Source: Staphylococcus phage vB_SauM-UFV_DC4
Reading direction: 5' to 3' (one strand)
Sequence record: MZ779063.1
DNA length: 64,000 nt
Part shown: piece by piece, positions 1 through 9,055 of the stretch
Numbering within the stretch: position 1 is the stretch's first letter
How the letters are laid out: each line of letters begins with the position of its first letter
Program-made: the position numbers and the translations under genes
Notes under the pieces: model-generated
Seen by the model: only the letters and a program-made list of their open reading frames with translations
Told to the model about the DNA's origin: nothing
Databases searched by the model: none

Positions 1-63
1 GTAATAAACAAGCTAAGAAATTATATATAGCATTTTAAAATATAACTAAAGAGAGGTAATTTC

Positions 64-690
64 ATGAGAAACACAGTGAATATATTTGATTGGTATATCT
101 ATAAAAATGGAGAATATACAATGATTCCTTTCTTCTTCAGATTAGCTTCAGGATTATTAATATTAATTGTATTCTCATCTTTAATTGCAATTAATATTAA
201 ATTATCTTTTATATCATTAATGATAACAATTCCAACATTTTTAATAATTAATCTATTAATTTATTTATATTTTAATAAAAATTGTCTTAGAGAATATGGA
301 GAAATAAATAAATCTTTTAAAGTGAAAGATAAATATTATTCTTTTTGGTATATTGAATTAAATGAAGATAATGAGGTTTTTAAAGAAGCTTTTAATAATT
401 TTAAAAATGAACACGAATGGATTATAGAAGAAGAAAATATAAAAAATCTATCAGAAATACTGTCACAAAAATTTTTTATAAAAGACACTAAAATAGTAGA
501 GACTGTAGCGAGAGAAAAAAGAAAACATTGGAAGAACAATATTGACACTAATAGACTGATAACTTATAGAGAGTTTCTTAAATATAGAAAGAATAAAAAG
601 AAATTTGAAGAGTCTAAGAAGTTAGAAAAGGAAATAAAAGAGTTTCAAGATTATTACAATTTAAACACTAAAGGAGAAATTAAAAAATGA
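64..690 (+). CDS. Small membrane protein: two N-terminal TM helices, then a Lys/Glu-rich cytoplasmic tail.
   Basis: ORF with RBS (agagagg) upstream. Hydrophobic stretches FFFRLASGLLILIVFSSLIAI and LMITIPTFLIINLLIYLYF. Confidence 0.5.
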   Translation: MRNTVNIFDWYIYKNGEYTMIPFFFRLASGLLILIVFSSLIAINIKLSFISLMITIPTFLIINLLIYLYFNKNCLREYGEINKSFKVKDKYYSFWYIELNEDNEVFKEAFNNFKNEHEWIIEEENIKNLSEILSQKFFIKDTKIVETVAREKRKHWKNNIDTNRLITYREFLKYRKNKKKFEESKKLEKEIKEFQDYYNLNTKGEIKK

Positions 691-1151
691 ATACTAAAAT
701 AATCGCAGCATTTCCGGGTACAGGTAAATCTTACATCAAAAATAATATCTCATTCTTAAAAACATCTGATTCAGATTCAACTAGTTTTTCATGGATAATT
801 AAAGATGGAGAAAAAGTTAGAAATCCTAAATTTCCAACGAATTATATTAGTTATATTAAGGATCTCTATTATAAAAATGTAATGGATTATATTTTCGTAT
901 CAACTCATAAAGAAGTTATCCAAGAGTTGATTGATAATAATTTAGAATTTGTAGTAGCTTATCCAAAACGTTCAGATAAAGAATTATATTTAAAGAGATA
1001 CAAAGAAAGAGGTTCAGATAGTAAATTTATTGAGCTTCTTGATAATATGTTTGATAGTTTTATAGATGATATAGAGAATAGAGTTCCTGAAGAAAACAGA
1101 ATTGAACTTAATCATAATGAATATTTAGCTAACGTATTAGATAAAATTTAA
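687..1151 (+). CDS. P-loop NTPase, small nucleotide-kinase-like (Walker A GTGKS).
   Basis: N-terminal AAFPGTGKSY matches Walker A GxxxxGK[ST]. Its start overlaps the stop of the previous ORF (ATGA). Confidence 0.5.
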   Translation: MNTKIIAAFPGTGKSYIKNNISFLKTSDSDSTSFSWIIKDGEKVRNPKFPTNYISYIKDLYYKNVMDYIFVSTHKEVIQELIDNNLEFVVAYPKRSDKELYLKRYKERGSDSKFIELLDNMFDSFIDDIENRVPEENRIELNHNEYLANVLDKI

Positions 1152-1168
1152 ATAAGGAGAAATTAAAA

Positions 1169-1627
1169 ATGAGATACTTTAAAGGTATAGTAGCAGGAAA
1201 AGACTTTTTCTTAAAAGCAGATAATGAAGAAAATGCCATTAAGGAATTAGCATCAAAAGAAATTAATTCTATAGGATCTTTTACAATGTTAAGTAATGAA
1301 AAACAGAAATACCTAATAATTTTCTTTAATGAAGATGAAGATAAATTTGTTGTTGGAAATGGATTAGAATCATATATATCATTAGACAGTCTTAAATCTG
1401 AATTAGAATCTAAAGATTTAGAATGTTATTATTTAGATTTAGGTAATACAGATAATATCGAGATAAACGGTATTATAAAAAATCAAGAATACACATTAAC
1501 AGAAATAATAATGGAAAGTATTAAATTAACTATGAATGATTTTTATCAACAAGTTATAAATTCTGTATTAACTGAATTAACTGAAAAAGAATACAAAAAT
1601 TCAATAGTTGTTAAAAATTTTAAATAA
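1169..1627 (+). CDS. Hypothetical protein; member of the tandem paralog family (C-terminus ...TEKEYKNSIVVKNFK).
   Basis: Strong RBS aaggag. Its C-terminal tail matches the motif shared by the ORFs at 3778-7743. Confidence 0.55.
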   Translation: MRYFKGIVAGKDFFLKADNEENAIKELASKEINSIGSFTMLSNEKQKYLIIFFNEDEDKFVVGNGLESYISLDSLKSELESKDLECYYLDLGNTDNIEINGIIKNQEYTLTEIIMESIKLTMNDFYQQVINSVLTELTEKEYKNSIVVKNFK

Positions 1628-1646
1628 CTAGGAAGGAATAGAAATA

Positions 1647-2117
1647 ATGAGAAATAAAAAAAGAAGCATAGATAGTTTGATAAATAATAATCTAGAATTA
1701 CCAATTGAGATTACTGAAAATTATATAAATAATTTTATATACAAATCATTAACTGCTATAAATAAGAAAAAAGAAATAAAACCAAATCAAACTTATATAA
1801 TTAATCATAAGAATGAATTATTTAATAAAGCAGATAATTTCATAAATTGTATTTTAGAATTATTAAAAGGTGATGTGGGTACTTTAATAGATAAAAAAGA
1901 TTTAAAGTTAAAAAGAAATGTAAAGAAAGACAATATAAGTAATTGTCTTACAATATATACTATTGTAGAAACTTTAACTTACAATAATTCTATAACAATG
2001 ATGATGGTAAAAAATGTAAATAATACCAATAAGGAAGTAACTGGTGAACTAATATTTGATATTAATATAAGTGATAAATTAGGTAAAGATAATTACAATG
2101 AAAATATTTATATTTAA
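1647..2117 (+). CDS. Hypothetical early protein.
   Basis: ORF with RBS ggaagg; same-strand tight spacing. Confidence 0.45.
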   Translation: MRNKKRSIDSLINNNLELPIEITENYINNFIYKSLTAINKKKEIKPNQTYIINHKNELFNKADNFINCILELLKGDVGTLIDKKDLKLKRNVKKDNISNCLTIYTIVETLTYNNSITMMMVKNVNNTNKEVTGELIFDINISDKLGKDNYNENIYI

Positions 2118-2172
2118 TTACTATTTAAATATATATTATATAAATGAAGTTAATTAAAATACAGGAGATGAA

Positions 2173-2520
2173 TTGGATATGTTAAACGATACTAAAAAAG
2201 TTTTAGACAGAATATATGACAAAATAAATGGTGATTTAATTGTTATTTCAGAGTGTAAAGATCTATTTGATAAGGAATTAAATTACACTTTAACTGAAGG
2301 TAATGAAGAAACAACAAATCTTGATTATTTGGCAGATTCTTTAATTGTAGTTTCTTCAGATATATTTACTTTAAATGAAGTACTTAATATTGATGAAGAA
2401 ACTATTAATAATGAACTATTAGCAGAATTTAAACTAAGCTATAGAATGATACAGAATTTTCATATGAAATTAGAATTAAAAAAATATAAATTAAAAAAGA
2501 TTAAAACCTCGGTTGAATAA
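2173..2520 (+). CDS. Hypothetical acidic protein.
   Basis: ORF with RBS aggaga. Confidence 0.45.
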   Translation: MDMLNDTKKVLDRIYDKINGDLIVISECKDLFDKELNYTLTEGNEETTNLDYLADSLIVVSSDIFTLNEVLNIDEETINNELLAEFKLSYRMIQNFHMKLELKKYKLKKIKTSVE

Positions 2521-2539
2521 ATATAGGAGATGATTAGGA

Positions 2540-3025
2540 ATGAATTATTTAAAGAATGAAAAAGGGGAGGTCTTTCCAGTCAATGAAGAAGGAATGGAGA
2601 ATATCATATTCTTTCTTCTAGACTACTCACAGAAAAATGATTATAACACAATGAATTTGATTAAAGAGATAAATGATCACGTGATGAAAGGCGAAAATAT
2701 AAGTAATGAATTTATTAATGAAAAAACAAAAGAAACGATATTAACTTTAGGTAAAGTAAAAGGTAATTTAACTAATGAATTAGCTAGAAGTGGTTATATA
2801 GTTAATTTCTCTAGAAATAAAATATCACTATCGATATATGTAAAAAATAATAGTTTTAAATTAGTAAGAATTTCAGATCATAATATTAATAAAAAAATAA
2901 ATAAAAAAGGTGTAATCAGTAATAGATTTGACGGACAATTAGTATGTAAAAATAATCTAGTTAAATCTTCTGATTTGAAAAAGCATGGAATTGATATTAA
3001 TGAAGGAATATATTATTTAGAATAG
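2540..3025 (+). CDS. Hypothetical protein.
   Basis: ORF with RBS taggaga. Confidence 0.45.
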   Translation: MNYLKNEKGEVFPVNEEGMENIIFFLLDYSQKNDYNTMNLIKEINDHVMKGENISNEFINEKTKETILTLGKVKGNLTNELARSGYIVNFSRNKISLSIYVKNNSFKLVRISDHNINKKINKKGVISNRFDGQLVCKNNLVKSSDLKKHGIDINEGIYYLE

Positions 3026-3026
3026 G

Positions 3027-3320
3027 ATGAAACTATATATGAAAAAGATAATAATGTTTTTAGGTATTTTGTTACTAACAACGGTATTGGTCGGTTGTGG
3101 AGAAAGTGTTGATTCAAAAGATAAAAAAGATTCAATCAAAACAGTAACTATTTATAGTAAAGGCGGTAAAGTATTACATCAATATGAAGGAAAAGTTAGT
3201 GCTGAGAGAGTAACGGATAACAAATTTACTAAAATTGATATAGACGGTAAGAAATTAAGAGTTGTAAATGCAGATGTAGTTATTGAAGAAAAAGGTATTG
3301 AGAAATTTGAAACAAAATAA
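3027..3320 (+). CDS. Small secreted lipoprotein (signal peptide with LVGC lipobox); candidate superinfection-exclusion or surface protein.
   Basis: N-terminus MKKIIMFLGILLLTTVLVGCGES has a positive n-region, a hydrophobic core and an L-x-G-C lipobox. Confidence 0.55.
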   Translation: MKLYMKKIIMFLGILLLTTVLVGCGESVDSKDKKDSIKTVTIYSKGGKVLHQYEGKVSAERVTDNKFTKIDIDGKKLRVVNADVVIEEKGIEKFETK

Positions 3321-3382
3321 AGATTAAGTATATATTATAATTATGAAGAAAGATATTATCATATATCTTTCTAATAAAATTA

Positions 3383-3694
3383 ATGGAGGAATTTGTTATG
3401 GCAAAATTAAATGAAGAAGTATTAAGAGACTTTCAAGTAAAAACTGAAATTGATGGAGAATTTGAAGTAATGGAATCTGATGAGCTTGGTGTTGATGAAG
3501 CTTATGAAATTGAATTAATTAAAGAATTGGGATTAGATGTCGATTCAAGTGTATTCTCTTATGCAATATCAGAAAAAGATGATGAAGAAAATACGTATAC
3601 TTTAGAATATAGTCATGAAGGCGTTCTATTAACTATTCATGATATCGATTTTGAAAATGGTATTCATGATACTATTTATAAAAATGTAATTTAA
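3383..3694 (+). CDS. Small acidic hypothetical protein.
   Basis: ORF with RBS ggagga; a terminator hairpin follows. Confidence 0.45.
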   Translation: MEEFVMAKLNEEVLRDFQVKTEIDGEFEVMESDELGVDEAYEIELIKELGLDVDSSVFSYAISEKDDEENTYTLEYSHEGVLLTIHDIDFENGIHDTIYKNVI

Positions 3695-3704
3695 TGATTT
3701 AAGT

Positions 3705-3735
3705 ATAGCTGATATCTTTAACGGATATCAGCTAT
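3705..3735 (+). terminator. Rho-independent terminator hairpin (atagctgatatc/gatatcagctat) followed by a T-run.
   Basis: Perfect 12-bp inverted repeat followed by ttatttttatttttttac. Confidence 0.6.
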
Positions 3736-3777
3736 ATTATTTTTATTTTTTTACTTAAAGGAGATGAAAAGGATAAT

Positions 3778-4389
3778 ATGAATTATTTTGAATTGGAATA
3801 TACAGGTTTAATTAATAATAATAAATTAGATAATCTAGTTCTACACAAACAAGAAAATGAAGAAATTGAATCGGGTGTTTTAAATATGGTTTTATTTAAA
3901 TTGTATCTAAAAGAATTCTATAATGATAATATGGATGATAATGATTTATGTAAGAAACTAAAAATGGAAATAAGAAGTATTCATAGTTATAATAATTCAG
4001 AAATTTATATTAATGAAGACTTTGCTGAAATATATGATGGTATTAATCCGAATAATAATATTAAATCAGGAAAAATAAATAAAGATTATGAATATTTATT
4101 TAAATTTATTAAAGATAATATAAATGAAAAAGATTTAAATAATATACATGTGATTAAATTTACAACATTTGAAATAGAGAAATATAAACCTGTTGTGATT
4201 TTTATAAACTCAGATAAACTTAGAATTAAGACCAATAAATCAATTAGTAGATATACATCAACAAATGAATTTGTATTCTATAATATTTCAAGCGAAAGTT
4301 TATATACATTAATGAAAAATACAAATAGAATAAGAAATATAACGGAAAAAGAATATAAAAAAGAATTAGTTAAAAGGAGTTTTTTATAA
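3778..4389 (+). CDS. Paralog-family protein 1 (C-terminus ...TEKEYKKELVKRSFL).
   Basis: RBS aaggagatg. Its stop overlaps the next start (TAATG). Confidence 0.55.
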   Translation: MNYFELEYTGLINNNKLDNLVLHKQENEEIESGVLNMVLFKLYLKEFYNDNMDDNDLCKKLKMEIRSIHSYNNSEIYINEDFAEIYDGINPNNNIKSGKINKDYEYLFKFIKDNINEKDLNNIHVIKFTTFEIEKYKPVVIFINSDKLRIKTNKSISRYTSTNEFVFYNISSESLYTLMKNTNRIRNITEKEYKKELVKRSFL

Positions 4390-4937
4390 TGTATGAAGTT
4401 AATAAAAAATTTAAATATGCTAAAAGAGATAAAGAATTCACATTATTCCACCATAAATCAAAAGAAAAAATAACTGATTCATTTATAATTAATAATTATA
4501 TTTCATATGTATTATATCAATGCTACGAAAGAACACCAGGAAATGCAGAAGTTTGGTTGGAAATTAATGATATAAATAATATAAAAGGTGATTTCTTATT
4601 TAAATTTATGTTTGACAACAGACCTTCTTTTGGTTCTAATTATTTTCCTAAGTGTAAATTAAATATACAAGATAACAGTGATAATAATATTGTAACTATT
4701 GAATTTAGTGATAAATATAAAAGACATAATTTTATTCTAGAAGAAATATCTAAATTTAATAATGTTCATATTAATTTTTATGAAGAAGTATTATTTACTA
4801 ATGAAGATGAAGAATTCAAGTTATTAAAGAATGTATTTAAAACTGATAACATTAAATATTACCAAAATAAAGATTTAATTAGTTATATTTCAGACAAAGA
4901 AGCTAGAAAAATTTTAGTAAAAGAAAACTTTAAATAG
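4389..4937 (+). CDS. Paralog-family protein 2 (C-terminus ...KEARKILVKENFK).
   Basis: Translationally coupled to the previous ORF. Its N-terminal motif IINNYISYVLYQCY parallels IIESYFDYMFNYY in the next ORF. Confidence 0.55.
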   Translation: MYEVNKKFKYAKRDKEFTLFHHKSKEKITDSFIINNYISYVLYQCYERTPGNAEVWLEINDINNIKGDFLFKFMFDNRPSFGSNYFPKCKLNIQDNSDNNIVTIEFSDKYKRHNFILEEISKFNNVHINFYEEVLFTNEDEEFKLLKNVFKTDNIKYYQNKDLISYISDKEARKILVKENFK

Positions 4938-4953
4938 AATAGGGGCAAATAAA

Positions 4954-5487
4954 TTGAATAAATATTTTAAATTTAAATTAAATAATAAAAGTGATTACGA
5001 TGTATTTAAATTTTCAGGAAATGAAGAAGAAATAAGCGATTCTAAAATTATAGAGTCTTATTTTGATTATATGTTTAATTATTATATAAATGAAGCAATA
5101 CCTGACTCCAGTATGATTAATATTGCTGTATTTACTGAAGGTAAAAGAAAAAGATTATTGAGATTTACTATAGATAAACCACCAATTTATATAAAAGAGC
5201 CAGTTAGTACTTTATTTATGAATGAAAATGATGAAGATAAACAAATTAATTTTAAAGAATTTAACGAAATTAAAAAATTTATACACGAAAAGATTATGGA
5301 ATTGAATAAAGGTGAATTTTATATTTATATTGATTATAATTTTGATTATTCTTATAGAATAGATTACGATGATGTATTTGATAAAATATTATTTAATAAA
5401 AATAATCTAAATCTTTATTCATCATTTATTAAAGAAACAGATGAAAATGAATATAAAAATTATCTAGTAAGAGAGAATTTTAAATAA
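4954..5487 (+). CDS. Paralog-family protein 3 (C-terminus ...NEYKNYLVRENFK), TTG start.
   Basis: TTG start with an upstream aggggc RBS; shares the family N- and C-terminal motifs. Confidence 0.5.
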   Translation: MNKYFKFKLNNKSDYDVFKFSGNEEEISDSKIIESYFDYMFNYYINEAIPDSSMINIAVFTEGKRKRLLRFTIDKPPIYIKEPVSTLFMNENDEDKQINFKEFNEIKKFIHEKIMELNKGEFYIYIDYNFDYSYRIDYDDVFDKILFNKNNLNLYSSFIKETDENEYKNYLVRENFK

Positions 5488-5504
5488 GGAAGTGAGACAG
5501 ATAA

Positions 5505-6281
5505 ATGGAATATGTTATGATAAATAAATTATTAACAAAAAATGATTCATCTGAATTAAAAATAAACATGGTTAAACTATATAAAGAGGAAGAAGACTTT
5601 TTCAATTTCTTTTTAAACTTTATTATAGAATATAATTCATATTATATAGGAAATTATAAATACTTTTATAGTATAGATTCATTATCAGATTATAATTCAG
5701 ATTATCAAATAAATGGAAATCCTTATGTGCCATTTGAGGAAGGGATAAAGGTAAATGAAGTCATTCATATTTATAAAAATAAATTATTTAGGAATATAAG
5801 TAAAGATATTGAAAATAGAATAACCGTACTTTATGTAGAAGACAAAGAAGACGATATTTTCTATTATATATTAATATCTAATTACTTTAATAAAAAATTT
5901 AAAAAAGAATATAAAGAAGAACTTCCCGATAAAGAAAAATTGTTAGCTAGACTTATAGTAAGATCCTTTCTAAATGAAAAAATTTTATTAGATTCACATT
6001 CAGAATTTTTAGTTATTAAAGATAAAGAAAAATTGAATAATTTAATTAATAATTTAATGAAAAATCAAAAATACAAAATTTTAAACTTTGATTTCTTAAG
6101 TAATAGGGAATTAAAATATAATGGAGTAATATTTAATACAAATTTATATGATAATAAACTAATCCTGAAGTATTTAAAAGGAATAGACTACAAAGATATT
6201 ATTAATAAAGATAAAGAAAAAATTACGTTTATAAATGAAAAAGGATATAAAAAACTAGCAGTGAAAGAATCATTTAAATAA
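5505..6281 (+). CDS. Paralog-family protein 4 (C-terminus ...KGYKKLAVKESFK).
   Basis: RBS aaggaag; carries the family C-terminal tail. Confidence 0.55.
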   Translation: MEYVMINKLLTKNDSSELKINMVKLYKEEEDFFNFFLNFIIEYNSYYIGNYKYFYSIDSLSDYNSDYQINGNPYVPFEEGIKVNEVIHIYKNKLFRNISKDIENRITVLYVEDKEDDIFYYILISNYFNKKFKKEYKEELPDKEKLLARLIVRSFLNEKILLDSHSEFLVIKDKEKLNNLINNLMKNQKYKILNFDFLSNRELKYNGVIFNTNLYDNKLILKYLKGIDYKDIINKDKEKITFINEKGYKKLAVKESFK

Positions 6282-6359
6282 ATAATAAATATTCTCATCC
6301 ATTCATTATATAATAACTTTTAATTATATAATAATTTTTAGAATGGATGAGATGCTTTT

Positions 6360-7019
6360 ATGAGTAATTATTTATATCGTTTTAACAAAGAGAATGTAAA
6401 TATCTTCTATCATAAAAGGACTAATAATGGTCATAAAATGTTATTTAATAATAGTAATGATAAAGATAGATCTATATACTTAATAAATACTGATGAAGAA
6501 ATCAATAATATGGAACTAGTATCTAAATATATTGCTGGAAAAGTATTTGAAATACTAAACCAAGAAAATATGAAAATAGTACATATGGATTTCTTTAATA
6601 GTAAATTAGAATTCTTTATAAGTAGATCATCCAAGAATAAATATATAATGAATATGTATTTTAGTTTAAAAAGTTATAATGATCTAATAGAAAATGAAAA
6701 AGAATTTATAGATAGTGTTAATGAGCTTAATTTAGACTTTTTAAAATCAGTTTCTTTAGATCAAGACAATAATCATGTATTAGATATGACATTAATATTT
6801 TTAATAGATAAAAATAAAATAGATGAATTTATTAAAAATCTATTTTACATTAATTATGTAAAGATAATAGAATTTATAATAGATACTATATCAGTATATG
6901 CAGATGATTACAAGAAATTTAATGAAGAAATAAATATTCTTTTGGATCATAGAAATTTTGTAGAGGAAATAACATATAAAGAATATAAAAAGATAATGAC
7001 AAAAGAGATGTTTATTTAA
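6360..7019 (+). CDS. Paralog-family protein 5 (C-terminus ...YKEYKKIMTKEMFI).
   Basis: ORF with the family C-terminal tail. Confidence 0.5.
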   Translation: MSNYLYRFNKENVNIFYHKRTNNGHKMLFNNSNDKDRSIYLINTDEEINNMELVSKYIAGKVFEILNQENMKIVHMDFFNSKLEFFISRSSKNKYIMNMYFSLKSYNDLIENEKEFIDSVNELNLDFLKSVSLDQDNNHVLDMTLIFLIDKNKIDEFIKNLFYINYVKIIEFIIDTISVYADDYKKFNEEINILLDHRNFVEEITYKEYKKIMTKEMFI

Positions 7020-7032
7020 GGAGTAATTAACT

Positions 7033-7743
7033 ATGAAGATTTCAGCCAATAAAGAATTATTAGGAAAGAAAGTTATACCTTTAGGTTTTAAACAACTTAA
7101 TAACTTATATAAAGATCATGATTATGTATATTTAAGAATTCCTGAAATATTTAATGTATTTGATAAGTATCAATTTAAAGATGATAAATTTGTATATCTT
7201 AAAACAGAAATAAAACCCAGTACTATTGTAGATTTAATAGATTCTTTATCAAGTGGTTTTAATTGGTTAATAAATGAATATATTTCTAATGATATACTAA
7301 ATATACATTATATAAAGAAAAATTTATTAGACATTTCCAATAGTGAATATAAAACTCTAGAAGAAACAAGATCTCAGTTAGATTTAGAATTAGAATTCAT
7401 AAGTAGTAATGAAAAACAAAGAAAGCAATCTAATATTTTAATAAAGGATATTCATAAAGAAATAAATTATATAAGGAATGAATACACAAAAGTATTCACT
7501 CTTAAGAAAAGTAAAACCAGAAATAATAAACCAATAAAAATAAAAATTAGAAATTTATATGATGAAGATCCAATATCTATATTAAAAATAATATTAGACT
7601 TAGGAGAAGAATATTGTATGAATAGTACTATATTTAACGCATTTACTTATTCATTAATGTTAACAAATAATTTAGATTTCATAGACGAAAAAGAATTTCA
7701 GGATATAGTTAAGAAAGAGAAAGTGAAAAATACTTTCATTTAA
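7033..7743 (+). CDS. Paralog-family protein 6 (C-terminus ...KEKVKNTFI).
   Basis: RBS aaggag; a degenerate family tail; a terminator follows. Confidence 0.5.
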   Translation: MKISANKELLGKKVIPLGFKQLNNLYKDHDYVYLRIPEIFNVFDKYQFKDDKFVYLKTEIKPSTIVDLIDSLSSGFNWLINEYISNDILNIHYIKKNLLDISNSEYKTLEETRSQLDLELEFISSNEKQRKQSNILIKDIHKEINYIRNEYTKVFTLKKSKTRNNKPIKIKIRNLYDEDPISILKIILDLGEEYCMNSTIFNAFTYSLMLTNNLDFIDEKEFQDIVKKEKVKNTFI

Positions 7744-7748
7744 AACAT

Positions 7749-7805
7749 TATTCATATAGTTTGAGGAAATTTTCCTTAAGCTATATGAATTATTTTATTT
7801 TTTTT
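7749..7805 (+). terminator. Nested-palindrome terminator (attcatatag ... ctatatgaat with an inner AGGAAA/TTTCCT) plus a T-run.
   Basis: A 10-bp perfect inverted repeat flanks an inner 6-bp inverted repeat, followed by tattttattttttttc. Confidence 0.55.
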
Positions 7806-7939
7806 CTAAAAATATAAACTAATTTATATTAATAATTTTTATAATGTATCATTCACTTAGTCGCAAATATTTATTTATTTTAAGAACATAAATTTTATAT
7901 CAAATAATATAGAATTTTTAAAAAGGAGAATTTAATTTT

Positions 7940-8503
7940 ATGGAAAAATATGATAAATTAACTGAAGAATTAGAAGCTTTATATGAGCAATCTCAAGAAG
8001 AAGCTCTAGAAGAACAGTTCGAAAGCATTATCGAATCAACTGATGAAGATAAAGCAGAAGAAGTTGAAGATAAAGATTCTAAAGAAGATTCAGACGAAGA
8101 AGAAACATCTGTTGAAGAACAATTTAACAGTATCTTAGAATCAGAAGATGAAGAATCTGATGAGGAAGAAGATGACGAAGATTCAGAAGAAGAACCGGTT
8201 GAAGAATCTGATGAGGAAGATTCAGAAGACGATTCAGAAGATGATGAAGATTCTTTAGAAGAAGAATTAAATCGTTTATTTGAAGAAAATGAAGACCCAG
8301 AAATGGATGTCGAAAAGCAAACTACAAAAGCTAATGACATGAACTCAAAAAAATCATCTGACTCTACTGAACATCCTGAAGAAGATGTGAAAAAAATCAC
8401 TTCAGAAGATGAAGACGAAGAAGAAGATGCTGAAGATGACGAAGAAGAATCTACTAATGAAGATGAATCATTAGAAGAATCATTAGATCGTATCTTTGGT
8501 TAA
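7940..8503 (+). CDS. Hyper-acidic Asp/Glu/Ser-rich protein (about 45% D+E) with internal EEQF-S-I-ES-DE repeats; candidate DNA-mimic, anti-restriction or scaffold-like protein.
   Basis: RBS aaaggag. The translation carries the repeated motifs EEQFESIIESTDED, EEQFNSILESEDEE, EEELNRLFEENEDPE and EESLDRIFG. Confidence 0.6.
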   Translation: MEKYDKLTEELEALYEQSQEEALEEQFESIIESTDEDKAEEVEDKDSKEDSDEEETSVEEQFNSILESEDEESDEEEDDEDSEEEPVEESDEEDSEDDSEDDEDSLEEELNRLFEENEDPEMDVEKQTTKANDMNSKKSSDSTEHPEEDVKKITSEDEDEEEDAEDDEEESTNEDESLEESLDRIFG

Positions 8504-8524
8504 TTATTAATTAATCTTTAAAAT

Positions 8525-8557
8525 ATCCCCTAACCTTATTAATTTAAGGTTAGGGGA
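8525..8557. terminator. Bidirectional terminator between convergent genes (atcccctaacctt / aaggttaggggat).
   Basis: Perfect 13-bp inverted repeat with A/T runs on both sides. Confidence 0.65.
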
Positions 8558-8572
8558 TTAATATTGTATTTT

Positions 8573-9031
8573 TTATCTGAAATAATTAGTATTATCAGTC
8601 ATTTTTCTTCCAAAAGCATCTAGTCCATCTAATGGATTAACTTTATCTCCAGTTGTTTTAAAATCATCTCCACCATAAGTGCCGCTAAAATTTGTATCTA
8701 CGCCTTTAGATAATTCTTCACTCATTTTATTTAAGTGTCTTACTCTTTCAACTTTTCTCTGATAATAGTCTTCTGCTTCTTGTTGAGATTTTAATCTATT
8801 TTCATCAATAGTTTCGTTATCTTTTAATTTAGTTACTGGAGTAAAACCATCCATAACTACATAAAATTTATCAATTTGATCCTGATAAATAAAAGGTATT
8901 TTAGTTTTTAAATGTAAAGTAGTTGGTTCATCTTCATACTGTAATGTCTCATATTCAAGTATATTACCTTCTTTATCGACAGTGACAGATATATCCATCA
9001 TAATTTCTTCTTTTTTCTTTTCTTCTGACAA
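8573..9031 (-). CDS. Hypothetical protein (tail-fibre module).
   Basis: ORF downstream of the 998-aa fibre gene. Confidence 0.45.
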   Translation of the reverse strand: MSEEKKKEEIMMDISVTVDKEGNILEYETLQYEDEPTTLHLKTKIPFIYQDQIDKFYVVMDGFTPVTKLKDNETIDENRLKSQQEAEDYYQRKVERVRHLNKMSEELSKGVDTNFSGTYGGDDFKTTGDKVNPLDGLDAFGRKMTDNTNYFR

Positions 9032-9055
9032 GTCTTTTCATCTCTCTTTCATATT

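Noticed and set aside
336-548. Antisense small ORFs (336-548, 6431-6634, 14573-14776, 23961-24155, 24325-24561, 28868-29149, 32032-32223, 36117-36323, 36370-36606, 37418-37651, 45807-46025, 46118-46303, 50502-50717, 51141-51335, 52933-53142, 53369-53584, 61778-62000, 62865-63113, 63442-63893)
   Set aside because: All are nested in, or antisense to, longer well-supported ORFs. They lack an RBS, which is expected by chance in AT-rich DNA.
7993-8400. 135-aa Ser-rich ORF antisense to the acidic protein gene
   Set aside because: It is a mirror-image low-complexity translation of the GAA/GAT-rich sense strand. It has no RBS and is fully nested in the gene.
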